A stretch of DNA of 63,416 nt, filler included, from Choristocarpus tenellus KU-1152 (GCA_964200185.2; 12 parts of 12 records of this genome joined end to end with filler, not necessarily neighbours in it); one strand, 5' to 3'. Counted from the first letter of the whole stretch, positions 24,450-37,710 are shown. Program-made: numbers and translations. Notes: a model not told the origin generated them from the sequence alone.

Positions 24450-26664
24450 TCCTGTCATCAATGGAGAAGGATGGACACATGTCCTAGGACGACACTCAGT
24501 GGAGCTGTGCCTTATTCTGCTTAGTGCCTATACTGTAATGTTTTGAAAGACAAGTTACTATTTGATTATCTGTAGATATGCCCTGTGTAGTTCAATAAGC
24601 AACTGAAGAGTGGCCTGATAGTTCTTGTCAATCAACAATGAAATATTGTGTCCGACAATGTTGGTTTTCACCAATGCTGCAAGCAAGGGGAGGAGGGGAA
24701 AGAATACAAGGCTCAGGGATCTGCACTGACAGGGGCATAGGCTCCTCCTAGTCTCATTATTTAGAAAATGTGTTGCCCACTCGTTTGACACTTATTTCGT
24801 ATTTCTGGACCAAAACAATGAGCCTATTGCTTCACCCTCGTAATCAATACTTTGTAAATAGATTATCACTGATTCATCATGTATATCCTTCAATCCCCAA
24901 TCCCACTCTCACTACACACCTCTGGCCACCTAGATCCCTCCAAAATTCATTACGACAAGAGAGAGGTTATTGTGCTGTCATGCTGTATGGCACTGAAGGT
25001 ATCTTTCATTGCGCTCTACGAACAATGTCATGGGAAAGAGCGAGAATAAATTCGTCAACTCCACCTCCTCCTGAATGATACCCTCTCAAGTTTTGGATCA
25101 GTATCGAAGTTGCAACAATGATGATGGGTATCACCTCGAAACCACACCCCTTGGCCATCCTACAAATACATATGGCAGTTGGTGCCAAGTTGCACATGTA
25201 CAAACAGATATGACCAATCCATCTAATATGAACTCCGGAGTATATGATGAGTGAGAGTTAAATATAAAGTCCAAAATAGAAAGTCGGATGGATCAATACA
25301 ATCTTCACCCAGACACCGACCTCAGAACTCAGGAGGAAAGCGTCTGGACAGAAGTATTTTGGGGCTCGGTGCTAGGCGAGAAGATTAATTGTAGAGCTCC
25401 CAAAATTATACCAAAAAATGTCCATCGGCCAAGTATGCACTTTATAGAATTGAGAGACAAGTACGTCTTCCAGAAAGAAGCCGTGACCAGATCCAAGCTC
25501 CCACGTAAAATTATCGTTTCTGTCACAGAGTAGGCCTCACAAGCATTGTGCACCCGTAAATTCGCTTCGTTTAACCCACCTTAGGAGTTCAAGTTTCCCA
25601 CGATAGAGTTATAGGATTGGTGTACTCTAGTTCATCAGGACCTGGCCTCGCGCCAATTGAATTGTAGCCTCGTCGCACTTCAGAAAGTCTTGCTGCGCGC
25701 AGGAGCTCCCCCCTTGCCGCCCGGGTGGAAAGATCGGCACTCAGCCAGCTTCTATTAACCCAGAACAAGCTTGTTCCCCAGAAAAAGGTTTCACCCTACC
25801 CTTTTGTCTTCACTTGTCGTTCGGCTCGGCTCAATATATCACGAGATATCACAGTCAACTCGCGAGAGGTTCCATTCCCCGCCTAATATAAGGGTGAGAA
25901 GACGAGCACTCAGCTCGCTATTATTCACCAACAAGAACTATTTTTCCTAGGAGATGGGTTATCCCGAAGTCCTTGTTTCCCAAGGTGGCCTCGTTGTTGT
26001 CACTTAATGACTAGATACCTATAGATGAGTCAAGACGCACTCTCTTTCCCTCCACTCGGATATACCAACACTTCATCCACCCAGAAGACCCTGTCCCCCA
26101 CCAACCAACAGCCTTCCTCCAGGTATGTCTCTGTTCTCCTAAGCTGATGAATGATGAGGAACCCTTAACTCTACACAAAAGTTTTGTCCTTGAGTCTAAG
26201 TTGATGGGTAGAAAATAAGATGGAAAAGTGTCTCATAATTCATTGTGGAACTGACCAATAGAAACATGCCTGTCATAGAGAACGTTTCATCGGTTATTCG
26301 CAATGAATTAGTTGATGTATAGTGTGAGAGGTTTTGGTAAATGTTGACAAGGTGGAAGCATCCCCGATCATTCAAAAAATGAAAGGTCAATCAGAAAGAC
26401 ATCTGCATCAAATTAAATAGATGCCATGGTCTCCAGGAGTAAGTGTGGATTCGTGGAGCTATAATGATGCAATTCTATGTGTTTCATCGTGATGCCTGTA
26501 CCCTTCAAGGCCGTTGAGGTCCTATGGTCGGCTAGGTTCTCGTAGAAATGGCCAGGTTTCACCCCAATTGAAGACTGTCTCTGATTTGTCACAAAACATA
26601 CCTAAGTCAGAAACCACCTCCAAATTGAATTAATCCAGATCGAGAGGTTCAGACTCTGCCATGC

Positions 26665-27078
26665 ATGGGGAAGGATAAGGATGTTGTTACGAGAATATCG
26701 GCAACTTTGTCCGAGAGTGATGAGGACAGATGTACATCTGAGGAAGATTATCCGTCCGATTCGTTGGAATCGGCACTGGGTAGCCTGGGTGAGATCCACC
26801 ATGGTCAACCAAGGTCGAACAAAGTGACTTGTGATCCTGGTGAAAGTATAGAAGACGGCTGCGGTAACCCTGGAGACCAGGAGTGGGATTACGGTCAGGA
26901 GGAAGAATATTGGGACGACTCTAGTGAGGATAGTGGAATCTGTGTTGGGGAAAATTCTGAGGCCATAAAAGGAGAAGGAAGTCAGAGCTCGAAGAAGGTT
27001 CGTTTTGGGCTTCGGAACAAAATGAGGAGATTTTCATGGTTCGACTCCAGGTACATCGCCCAAAGATTGAAACGATGA
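26665..27078 (+). CDS. Hypothetical acidic low-complexity protein or exon
   Basis: 137-aa ATG-initiated ORF, D/E/S-rich with a basic C-terminus; no recognisable domain. Confidence 0.35.
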   Translation: MGKDKDVVTRISATLSESDEDRCTSEEDYPSDSLESALGSLGEIHHGQPRSNKVTCDPGESIEDGCGNPGDQEWDYGQEEEYWDDSSEDSGICVGENSEAIKGEGSQSSKKVRFGLRNKMRRFSWFDSRYIAQRLKR

Positions 27079-27979
27079 TATCCTGTGAAATTCGATAAAC
27101 TTTGGTATATACTTGCGATGTTTTGTATTTTCTGTCTCATCACAAATTTGGTTTCCACACCAAACGTTTCTTTTGTGGGTTAACCATTTTCCTCTTCTAC
27201 TTTTTATCTTTACCCTTCATCGAAGTCAGGATGTGACGAACTGAAAATGGAGCAAATCAGTAGTGAATGAAAAAAAGACACTTTCAAGGTGGACGAAGTT
27301 TTTCGAAGTCTCATATATTTTCAAACTTTCAAATATTTTGGAACATAATCACGAATTGGCTAAGTATATATCCAAACACGCCCTCTAGACTCGCGATCCA
27401 ATTAAATCTTTGATATGTTAATCATTTGGTGAGGGGAGGAGTAACTACAAAACGGGACTGGATACAAGCATTCAAACAGATCAAGGCAGGACCTGAACTC
27501 CACTCTCTGACTTACAGGACTCACTTGGCCACTTGTGTGGTTTGATCCTCTTGGGGACGAAATTAGACCTGATAAAATTAAATGCTAATTACAGCCTGTG
27601 ACTCAAGCATGGCTCAGATTCCATACACCAACCAAAATACAACTGTGACCAATATTGAGTCTGTCCTCGTTGGGACGTAATACAATGATCTTTGAGAGGT
27701 GCGGGAGGTTGAGCAAAGAGTAAGTGGTGCATGTACACCTACTGCGGCAATGTATATGGTACACAACATACTAATGTACATAGATGCAGCTATTGCAACC
27801 CACCTTCGAGATGTTGTAGAAAAGAATGTCACACTCCGGTCTTGCTGGTCCAACCTCGCAACTCTACCAACATTGCATCAAATTTCCCTCTACACACATC
27901 CAAACCTATGTGACATTGACAACCATATCATCGAACTAAATGACTAATCACTCTGGCATATTAACACACTCGGTAAAAA

Positions 27980-29161
27980 ATGAAGCCAAGCGCCCACATC
28001 ATTGACTCTCACAGACAGCAAAAACAAAAATGGGCGTGTGAGAGTCTGAAGGGGGAATGGGATGATAACAGCATAGACACGGGTGCTGTAGACCGTGGAG
28101 CTCCTTCAATAAAGGACAGTAGTGTCTTTCAGGGTGACAAGTTCAAAGATGATGTGTCCCAATCATCAACAGTGGAGTTTCACAGCAGTGCAAGCGAGAA
28201 CGTTCCCCTCCAGGAAAACAAATCAATGTCCAGGGAGGATGATGGAGATGTGAGTCAAGCCCTGCCCTCGTCGACCTCAAGCAGGATGTTGGAAGGGGCA
28301 ACTGCGTTGAACCCGCGGACTTTCCGGGTCGTGCAGCCAACTGCCATTGCAGAGAAAGACCAGCCTATTGAAGAAAAGGTTTTGAGGGCTGGGAACAAAG
28401 GAGAAGCCGTGCCCTCTTGCTTGGAAGAGATAGTGGTGGTAGGGGCAGGGTCTGACGGGGAAGGTGTTGATGGGAAGAAGATCAAGCACGTTGGCGTTAC
28501 TATGAGCGAAGAATGCCGAGAAGGCCATAACCAAGTTGGCCCCAACACCAAAGCAGACAATGCAACAACCAGTAGGTGGCCCAGACAAGCATTGTTTCCT
28601 AGTCTTCCCCGATGGCCCAGCCCTCCGTGGCTACGATCCCTTGCAAGTTTCAATGTCCTCCTACAGTTAGCCTGCGCACATGATGAAGTGGAGAGAGATA
28701 AGCAACCGATTGAACACGAGGGTGCAAGAAGTCACCAAATATTGGAGAGTGGGCAATACCTATCAGGTGAACAAGATTTCAAAATTTTGTTGGGGAGTCC
28801 TGAGCGTATTGGAGGGGTAGGCAAACATTGCACATTGCTTGTGGACAGCCGACAAAGCAGGGTTTCCGTGATGGAAAGGCGTGCAAACAGAGGAGGGGCT
28901 GCAGGTCAGGAGGAGGGCAAGGTTAGGGAAAATAGAAGCCCAGTGGAATTGACGTCAGCGTTACCACAAATGCAGAGAGCATACTTGCAGTGGTCTGATA
29001 AACTAAGGGAAAAGATAAGGGCTGGGGTGGAAGCAGTCATGCTGGCATGGCGAGTGCGGATTTGGGCAGAACGGATGCAAACTTGGAAACTGTTGCGGGA
29101 GCTAAAGTGTCGGCAGAGGGCTGAGGCAGCCGAGGTTAGTCACGCAGGAAAGGAACTTTAG
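27980..29161 (+). CDS. Hypothetical protein, large exon
   Basis: 393-codon open frame with purine-rich coding-like composition; possible donor GAG|GTTAGT near 29133; no family recognised. Confidence 0.55.
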   Translation: MKPSAHIIDSHRQQKQKWACESLKGEWDDNSIDTGAVDRGAPSIKDSSVFQGDKFKDDVSQSSTVEFHSSASENVPLQENKSMSREDDGDVSQALPSSTSSRMLEGATALNPRTFRVVQPTAIAEKDQPIEEKVLRAGNKGEAVPSCLEEIVVVGAGSDGEGVDGKKIKHVGVTMSEECREGHNQVGPNTKADNATTSRWPRQALFPSLPRWPSPPWLRSLASFNVLLQLACAHDEVERDKQPIEHEGARSHQILESGQYLSGEQDFKILLGSPERIGGVGKHCTLLVDSRQSRVSVMERRANRGGAAGQEEGKVRENRSPVELTSALPQMQRAYLQWSDKLREKIRAGVEAVMLAWRVRIWAERMQTWKLLRELKCRQRAEAAEVSHAGKEL

Positions 29162-29207
29162 GCAAGTTATGATTACAAGCGGCAGCAAAATGCTCTGTGA
29201 TCACAAA

Positions 29208-29467
29208 AGGTGAAAGTATCTTAGAGCGTACGAGTTTTGCCCTATTTGTCCGTTTGGCGATTGACTTCCAATGGGGTTTTTTATGACATTGTACCTACTC
29301 CAAAATATTTTGGAGTATGTACAATGTGTACTTTATGAAAAGGTGTGTCCACAACAAGGATATTGACACTTCCTAACAAAAACGATAGACAAAATTACAT
29401 CAAAATCGCAACATCGGATTGTGACCCCCAAATGGACACGGCTATACCCTCTAAGATGCTTTGGCTA
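29208..29467 (+). mobile_element. MITE family A
   Basis: TIRs and body match other A copies; A-rich flanks. Confidence 0.9.
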
Positions 29468-29804
29468 AAAAATAATGCATGAAATGCGACAGGTCATGGA
29501 GAGACACAGGAGCGTGGCCTGATTAGTTCTCTGAGAGGAAAGTTGGTTTGTGAATTAAATGCTGGAAGCGGTTCAGTCGAAACAATCACGTTGCACCATC
29601 GGAAACTTGTCACTCAACATTAAAAGAACATCGTTGATCGTTAAAAATGAATGTCGACTTGTTCATCTCCAAACAGTACCACAACATCATTTTTATATTT
29701 TATCTTGCGTTTGCACCAAGTGTCGGTCAGGTATGAGCGCTGTCATTCGGACTAAAAATAATAATCATATGTCCGTAGTAACCCTAGAGATAGCAATCAA
29801 AACA

Positions 29805-30062
29805 GAGCCAAAGTGTCTTAGAGGGCAGGGCCGCGTCCATATGGGGGCCAAAATCCAATGTTGTGATTTTGATGTAATTTTGGCTATCGTGTTTGTTAGG
29901 AAGTGTCAATATCCTTCTTTCGGATACACCTTTTCATAATGTATACATTTTATCTACTCCAAAACGTTTTGGAGTAGGTAAAATGTCATTAAGAACTTGT
30001 GGGAAGCCAAGCCCCAAATGGACAAACTGGGAAAAACTCGTACCCGCTAAGAAATTTTACTC
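29805..30062 (-). mobile_element. MITE family A
   Basis: GAGCCAAAGTGTCTTAGAGGG... with a degenerate far TIR. Confidence 0.9.
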
Positions 30063-30757
30063 ACATAGTGTGGCAATCTACCTCTTACCTTATAGAACTA
30101 AGCTCCTTAGGATGGCAATAAGTTCATCATCGCAAAACAAAAACAAAAAGAAGTGTCCTTTTCGCCTTCAACAGTACATCCAAACCCAATAGCGCGCACA
30201 CGCCCATCGAATCACAACCGCAGCAAAAGGCCCCAACTGGGAGTAGTACATCCTCTCCAGAAGAGCACCCTCATGCGTATCCTCACCTTCCACCCATGCA
30301 AGCTCTGCTGTTACCTCAAATCCCCAAACACATTGTGCGACCCTGTTCCAGCTCAAGCAACGTTTCGAAATGGAAATGTCCGGAGAGAGTGAACATCACA
30401 ACAACGGAGGTCTGACCCCTCTTGTGCTCGATCTGATCGCGAGAGAGGGGGCCCTGCAGGGGCAGGGACAACCTGCTCTGGCAACGAAGATGCGGGCTGC
30501 GGCGCTGGCCGCCAGGCTAGTCGTTGAGAGTACACTAGTCTAGGTTGATCTTTGCATGAACTTGCTTTGTCGCGGCATCATGGTACGTGGGGTTGGAAAG
30601 TCGGAGGTTGACATCCCATTGGTGTCTCTTGATTGGTAACTTTTTTACATGGTCGTAGAAAATTTAGCCCACAAGCGCAAAATCGTATGTGGAAAAAAAT
30701 TAAAAGGCCAGGTCAGTGAACTCATGGAGTTTAATGCCTTAGTATGTGTACTGATCC

Positions 30758-31016
30758 TTGTGAAAGTATCTTAGAGGGTACGAGTCTTACCCTGTTTGTC
30801 CATTTGGGGCTTGGCTTCCCACAAGTTCTTAATGGCATTTTACCTACTCCAAAATATTTCGGAGTAGGTAAAATGCACATGTTATGAAAAGCTGTGTCCA
30901 GAACAAGAATAATGATAGCTCCTAACAAATATGATCGTCAAAATTACATCAAAATTGCTACATTGGATTTTGGGCCCCAAATGGAGGCGGCTCTACCCTC
31001 CAAGATACTTTGACTC
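30758..31016 (+). mobile_element. MITE family A
   Basis: TIRs and body match; TSD not clear. Confidence 0.9.
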
Positions 31017-31328
31017 TGAAACAGGGCAGATACACTGGCATACACATAAATGCACCTCTTTGTACGTTTGAGAGGTGTAAAATTGATCGTAATATGATCT
31101 CTATCGTGCTTTTGAGAGTCAATCATTAGTGCTCTAGGGAAGCTGGGCAATGATAATTCTTCCTCCAACTCCATTGTCAACCTCGCTTAGCTCTCATCTC
31201 GAACCCCATACTTCTTGTAGGGATCGACTACACTAGCCAGTTCCAAGGCTGGTCGTCACTATTTCTACTATGATACTATTACTGAACTATGGCATATTGA
31301 GGCCTCTCCAGTACGTGATATTTCATTC

Positions 31329-31599
31329 AAGTGAAAGTATGTTAGGGTTAGGGTACGAGCTTTACCCTGTTTGTCCGTTTGGGGCTTGGCTTCCCGCGTT
31401 TTTTTTTTATTGACATTTTACCTACTCTGAAACATTTCAGAGTAGGTAAAATGTACACCTTATCAAAATATGTGTCTGGAACAAGGATATTGACACTTCC
31501 TAAAAAAAAACAATAGCCAAAATTACATCAAAACCGCAACATCGGATTTTGACCCCCAAACAGCCGCGGCTCTACCCTAACCCTAAGATACTTTGACTC
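31329..31599 (+). mobile_element. MITE family A with TTAGGGTTAGGG in both TIRs
   Basis: AAAGTATGTTAGGGTTAGGGTACG...TACCCTAACCCTAAGATACTTTGACTC. Confidence 0.9.
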
Positions 31600-33228
31600 G
31601 ATTTCTATTGTCAACTCACCTACCAAGTAAAATTCCAAAGAATAGATGGACGCTAACGGGTACACTACAATGTGCAAAGGTGGTCATCGCACCGCACTTT
31701 ATCAACCATGTCACACACGTGTGTACACCTCCTGTACTCGAAGTAACGAGTACCTCCTCTGTGCTTCCAGGAGGCAAGCACTGCAGGGGACTAGGGACAA
31801 AGAAGCCCCAAGGTTGACTCGTCTTCTCGAAGAGCTGAGGATTCGGCATAGAGGACAGGGGGATAGACTCTGCCAGAGTGCTAAACTGCTGGAGGTACAA
31901 CCCATATTGGCTAAGATCTGTTGCCACATAAGGGTTGGGAGGAATCAGGGAGGCAACTGTCGCCCAAGGCTGCAGCAGTTAATGATTTTGACAGAAAAAA
32001 AGTAGCTAATTTCAATGTGACAGCATGTCGGTTTGAGGTACACCAACTTACGTCATTCGTTAAGTCTGTCATACCATACTGCCAACTAAAATGCCAGCCT
32101 ATTTTCATCTCTGGGAAGGGTGCTTAAATGACCCAAATGTTATTGGTCGTTGGAGTGAGGGGCGGTGGGGGGGAAGGACAAGCACTCTCATGCTTGGATA
32201 GCACCACATCTGAACTGCAGCAGAAGTTTGTACGCAGGGGATTGAGGGACAGGGACTGAGGGGTGGAGGAACTGCTGAGCTTTGGGAATGCAGACTTTAT
32301 TTTGTAAGAAGAAGCTTCAGGGGGAATGTGGTCAATTCCTCATTGTGCAGAAAGGAAAGTTCCTGAAAAGAGATTCAGAAGAATTGAATAGTGTGCTGAA
32401 CTTAGATTTGATGTTTGAGGGGTTCAATTGGGCGAGTGTATCATGCATGTATTGACATGTCCAGGCCGGTGATGCTTTCGTGCATTCCTCTAAATCCAAA
32501 GTAAGCATTGCTAAAAGACGACCCATTCCCTCCCCACCCCCCTTCTCTAATTGTCCGGTTTATCATAAGCATATTTCTGTTACTACCACTTCCTGGCCTA
32601 TCTTGATGACATTTTTTTGGACATCCTCAATATTTGTTCATGAAATTCTCTATCAAGGCCCCCAACTCTATACTTTTTACTCCACCCTCTCCCAAACCTT
32701 AGCATTCTTCAACACACCTTAACATCCTTACAAGTCCTCACTCTAGTACAGCACATATAGTTTTTCAAATTGCTGATATCCCTTCAGTTTATCTTCTGAA
32801 GCTCGTACCAAGAATGAAGAGGTTGATAACATGTATGGCCTCTAACTTTTTCGAGCATAGAATGACATTGATGCTGCACCGAGCCAAAAGGATGCATGCG
32901 TATACCCAGCAACCTCCCCTCTCCTCAATCTAGGCATCACTTCAGCCCATGTCGACCTCCCTCTTGTCCGTCCACCATTCTAGACTCTGACCCTTCACCA
33001 TCAACACCCTCCGTCCCTACCAACCAGCATTTTTTAAGAACATTAGTTAAATAGTCTCAAACTAGGAGCTAGCTCTATTTTGGAGTGGAGCCCAGAACAA
33101 GGGTTAGGGGTATTTCTAGCTGATTCTTTGTTTTTTTTTTATACTTCAAACTACTTCAGAGCATAAGCTATTCGAATTGTTCGAAGTGTTGCCAGTCCTA
33201 CCATAACTCATAGCCCCCAACGTTGTTA

Positions 33229-33408
33229 GGCTCAAAGTATCTGGGGGGGTGGGGTGGCGGCTGTCCATTTGGGGCCAATTTTTTCTTGTCGCGATTTTTG
33301 GGGTGATTTGGTTCCATACGTTGGATGGATAATGAAAGTGCACTTTTCCTGGTTTTGTCCGAATGGACACTCTGGTGTAGACTCCCCCCCCCCCAGATAC
33401 TTTGGGTC
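33229..33408 (-). mobile_element. MITE family B, full copy (180 bp), TSD TTA
   Basis: GGCTCAAAGTATCT-G run...C run-AGATACTTTGGGTC; TTA at 33226-33228 and 33409-33411. Confidence 0.95.
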
Positions 33409-33924
33409 TTATTTTTCCTGAAATCACTCTCCCAAAATCTAAATATTTCAACTGAGGTTCTTCTGGTAACCCAGGGCGAAGAAAATATATTGCTCTAACC
33501 TTGAAATTAAGGGAGAAGGGCTGAAAATCTCGGCAAAAAAAGTAGCAGAAAGGTGCGTGTATGGTGTCAAATCGCTGCTGCAAACGTCAATTATTGACTT
33601 ACACGCAATCATCAATGCAAGCCTTTTTATGTATCTCTCTAGCAACAAACTATATGAAGTCTGGTCAGGGATCAGGTTAGGGTCCGGGTTAGTGTTAGGT
33701 GTATCATTTGTCGACATGCACTTGGCCTCCCATTCACGCATCCCCCCCTGCACTTACATCATTATATATCCCACTCTAGAGTCCTCAACAAGAACGAGTA
33801 ACAAATATTCCAGAGTATAAAAATATAATTGAACAGCCCTCTCCAGGAAAGGGGGGGGTCCGTACTTTGGACATACAGACTCCCTTGAAAGTCCAATGTG
33901 TGTGTGTGTGTGTGTGTGCATACA

Positions 33925-34105
33925 GACCCAAAGTATCTGGGCAGGGGGGGAGGGTCTACACAGAGAGTGTCCATTCGGACAAAACCAGGAAAAGTGCACT
34001 CTCATTATCCATCTAAGGTATGGAACCAAATCACCCAAAAATCGCGACATGAAAAAATTGGGCCCAAATGGACAGCCGCCACCCCCCCCCCTGATACTTT
34101 GAGCC
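33925..34105 (+). mobile_element. MITE family B
   Basis: GACCCAAAGTATCT...GATACTTTGAGCC; flanks ACA/AGG do not match. Confidence 0.9.
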
Positions 34106-34637
34106 AGGGTCGAAAACGGATGCCGGCACCCCCCNNNNNNNNNNNNNNNNNNNNNNNNNNNNNNNNNNNNNNNNNNNNTTAATTAATTAANNNNNNNNNN
34201 NNNNNNNNNNNNNNNNNNNNNNNNNNNNNNNNNNAAAACAACCATCCTCATAGTCCTGCACCATCCTCAATTTTGAGAAATCCCTGTTACATGTTCTCCG
34301 GGTGAAGATGGCCTTTTCTGGCGTCAAAAGCATCCTAAAATGCGCGTTTCGCGCGCGCAGACTACTTGATTTATGTATGGTCCTGTAATTCTCACGATTA
34401 CTGTAAGTTGACCAACCGAGACCCACCAAATAAGGTTAGCCATGCTGATGCGATTACAGCAAACGAATTTTCAAGGAAAAAATTGTTTGTGATCAAAAGT
34501 TAAGGCACGACAAAGTTGATGCTATAGGAGGCGATTGCCAATGCTGTATCCATATATGATTGATAGTACGACCGCTGACATTTTGCAGGTAGTAAATAAT
34601 TTTGATGTGGAGGGAACAAGTAAAGTAGTAATATATA

Positions 34638-34821
34638 GTCCCAAAGTATCTGGGGGGGGGGGGTCTACACCAGGGTGTCCATTTCGACCCTGAACAGGAG
34701 AAGAAGTGAAATTACATTATCCATCTGACACATACATGTAAACAAATCACCCAAAAATTGCGACATGGAAAAATGGGCCCCAAATGGACAGCTACACCCC
34801 CCCCCCCAGATACTGTAAGCC
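34638..34821 (+). mobile_element. MITE family B, TSD ATA/GTA
   Basis: Both TIRs and both boxes present. Confidence 0.9.
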
Positions 34822-35311
34822 GTAGTACTGTAGGGCACGACCTAGTGACTTGCATCATGTAGTACTTCGTGTGTATTAGTGGGACAGGAGGTCGGACCAG
34901 AGAGTGGCAAAGGCACACCTGCCTGTGACAGGTTGTATCCATCACGACTTCAGTGCCAATCCAATATGCGAAGGAGGTGTATACAGATTCATGGGACTCA
35001 TCCCTTGTTCTTAAGACCAACATAGATAGATAGTGCCAGTATAGTTCGTAGGAGTTGTCTCAGCTGAGATGTGTGTGTCTTCATAGGTTGCATACCTCTC
35101 AATTAGCTTGACTCACTTTCCAAGCAAAACGCATTTATAATTATTCTTAAAGTACTAGAAGTTGTAGTAGTAGTGGGCTGGTAGCCCAGTCTGTTTTGAG
35201 GTCTAGCAGTCCTAGATGCTTTGTTGTTAATACATGTTTTTGCAGACCAGTCAGCTGCCCGGTCTGGTTAGAATCTCTGATGGTCCTAGATAAAATATTA
35301 TATTAGTGGAA

Positions 35312-35571
35312 AGGTCAAAGTATCTTGGGAGGGGGGGGGGGGGGGGGGGCCCCCCCGGGGGGGCCATTTGGGAGTGGGCGGGGGGGGGNNNNNNNNNNGG
35401 GAGGCGGGGCGCATGGTCGTCTACACCAGGGTGTCCATTTGGAACTTGACCAGGGGTAGTGAACTTACACTATCCATCTGAAGGATGCAACCAAATCATA
35501 CAAAAATCGTGACGTGGAAAAAAAAGGACCCCAAATAGACAGCCGCCACCCCCCCCCAGATACGTTGAGCC
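35312..35571 (+). mobile_element. MITE family B spanning a small gap, with low-quality G-run sequence
   Basis: Family B body at 35418-35571; left part is G-run noise and N10. Confidence 0.75.
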
Positions 35572-35574
35572 TCA

Positions 35575-36568
35575 TCGGCCCAGGGTAATTTCGTCTCCCA
35601 GTAAGAAACGGCTTCCGAAAGGGTAGGCTATGGAGGAAAGAAGGGTGGGCCGCAGGAGAAAGGGCGGACCCTTCCAAGGTACAGCACAAGGGTCACGTTC
35701 CTAAGTTGATGTTCATCTGGACCATTTCACGACGGGATCCTTCCTGCGATTTTGACGGCAAGATTGGAATATGGCATGTTTGCGTCATCAAGCAGGCGCA
35801 AAGAAATTCGCCCCGCTGAGAGACAGGGCAGCAGTATGACTTTGATGTGACTGTCAACGCCGAGTGGTAGCGGGAGTGCTACGTGGAGACTTTTCTCCCG
35901 GTGTCAAAGGAAAAAATGCCGCGTTTGGAGGGCGAGGAGGTGGTCGTGCAGTAGGACAGACCGACCCCCCATACCGGAAAAGATACACCGTGGAAGCTCG
36001 ACGAAGCTGGGAGGCAGGTGGGGTGGAACGCCAAGGTCATAACGCAGCCCGCACAATCATCTGATCTCAATATTAACGATTTGGGGTTCTTTCCACCCCT
36101 AAAGATTAGGGTTCGTTGCAGTTACGATAGACCTTGTGAAGGGGTTAAAGAGCATGTACGGCACGTATGATGCAGCTACTTTAGAGAGGGTGTGGCAGAG
36201 CCTCTTTAAGCAGTACGATCAAATTTTCAAGGCGCTAGGGGGTAATGATCGAGGTACAGTACACAGGAACTAAGAAAGGCAGCGTGAGGGAAGTCTGCCA
36301 AAATCAGTCAGAATGGCTCAAAGCATCTGGGGGGGGGGTGGCGGCTGTCCATTTGGGGTCCATTTTTTCCACGTCACGATTTTTGTATGATTTGGTTGCG
36401 TGCGTCAGAGGAATAATGTGAGTTCACTCCCCCTGGCCAGGTCCCAAATGGACACCCTGGTGTAGACCCCCTCCCCCCCCAAGATACTTCGATCCAATTG
36501 ACGATGGGGCTTTAGGCATGGCATTGGATTGGTGGATTGATGAGTATGAGGAAAGCGACGAATATTGA
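35575..36568 (+). pseudogene. Tc1/mariner (plant-mariner-like) transposase relic, DD40D
   Basis: KVQHKGHVPKLMF..FDGKIGIW..VVQ*DRPTPHTG..TQPAQSSDLNINDLGF..TLERVWQSLF..GGND; stops, frameshifts and a MITE insertion. Confidence 0.9.
36315..36495 (-). mobile_element. MITE family B inside the mariner relic, TSD AAT
   Basis: AAT at 36312-36314 and 36496-36498. Excision restores SVRIDDGALGMALDWW, colinear with SVEVR*AASAAALDWW of the other mariner copy. Confidence 0.93.
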
Positions 36569-37636
36569 TTTCATGTAAAAAACAGCAAGGAATCCAACAT
36601 AAAAATACGTTTTTTCATCTGAGATCATGTAAAGAAATTATAACCTCAACGTCACAGGCTTATGGGTCAAAAAGGAGTATAATAATAGTTATTGGGTAGC
36701 AATAGAAGGATGTTGGTCAACTTCCCATGCTGTATATTACTCAAAAATATCGAAAAATCATAGTATCATTGATGAAGAAAAGGATTTGTTTCATACTGAA
36801 TAGGACGGAGTCTTGAGCGCTTCAATCGCACTGCTACCAATACTTGCTGGGAACAGCACGAGGTGGCAACAACAAACCCATGTGGTGGTACCTCGAGCGA
36901 AATAATCATTCATCTTTTGAGGGAAAAAGTTGACTTCATCATCACCATATTTTGTCTCACGAAAGTATTTATCCTAACTACTACTACTACTGTTGTGTTT
37001 TTCAATTGATATCACACACTGCTTACTAGTTCGATATTCTCAAACCCATGGTAATGCAGACGCAATAAAAAAAAGTAGGCATTTCTTGAATCAATCCCTC
37101 CTACTACAAAATCACTTCTATCTGGGAATTAGATGCACTGTGGTACTGGTGTCTTGTGAAACTTAGAAGGGAAGTAAATGGGTACGTTGGCGTTTAGACA
37201 TTGATGTTTATTACTAGTTTGTTGGTAGTACGGTGCTCAAGTTTTGTTACCTTACATCTCTTCCATCACTATTTTCTTCTTTGCATAACCTTGGAACATG
37301 GGCTCTTGGAGAAAATTGGGCTTCTATACTGACCCAATATTACTACCAACTGGTAATAATGGTGAAGAAACATTTATATTATAAGATAACGTTAAGAAAA
37401 CGGAAACTACAAAGTTCTGTGTTCGTGGTGTTGTGGTGTTCTACTACCAGCCCCTTTTCCCCCCTCATAACATTCATATTGCGACATGGTATTCACAAAA
37501 ATATGATCACAAATTATGATAGAAACAGACTAAATCTAAAAAAACCAATCGATCATTCCATGAAGTGCAGCATTGCCTACATGAGCGAAAAGTTCAACTA
37601 CGAAAAGATCTTTAACGTACAAAGTTTGACTAAACG

Positions 37637-37710
37637 AGGAACCACCGTGGCTCGAACCCGGGACCCTGTCGGTATTAACGGCATTTTCTAACCAACTAAA
37701 CCATGGCGCT
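37637..37710 (-). pseudogene. tRNA pseudogene, probably derived from tRNA-Val(AAC)
   Basis: A box TGGTTTAGTTGG, B box GGTTCGAGCC, anticodon arm TGCCG-TTAATAC-CGACA; stem mismatches. Confidence 0.7.

Noticed and set aside
23589-25560. Possible minus-strand exons of a host gene (likewise 38300-39220 and 41400-44500)
   Set aside because: I could not build a phase-consistent model or recognise a domain.
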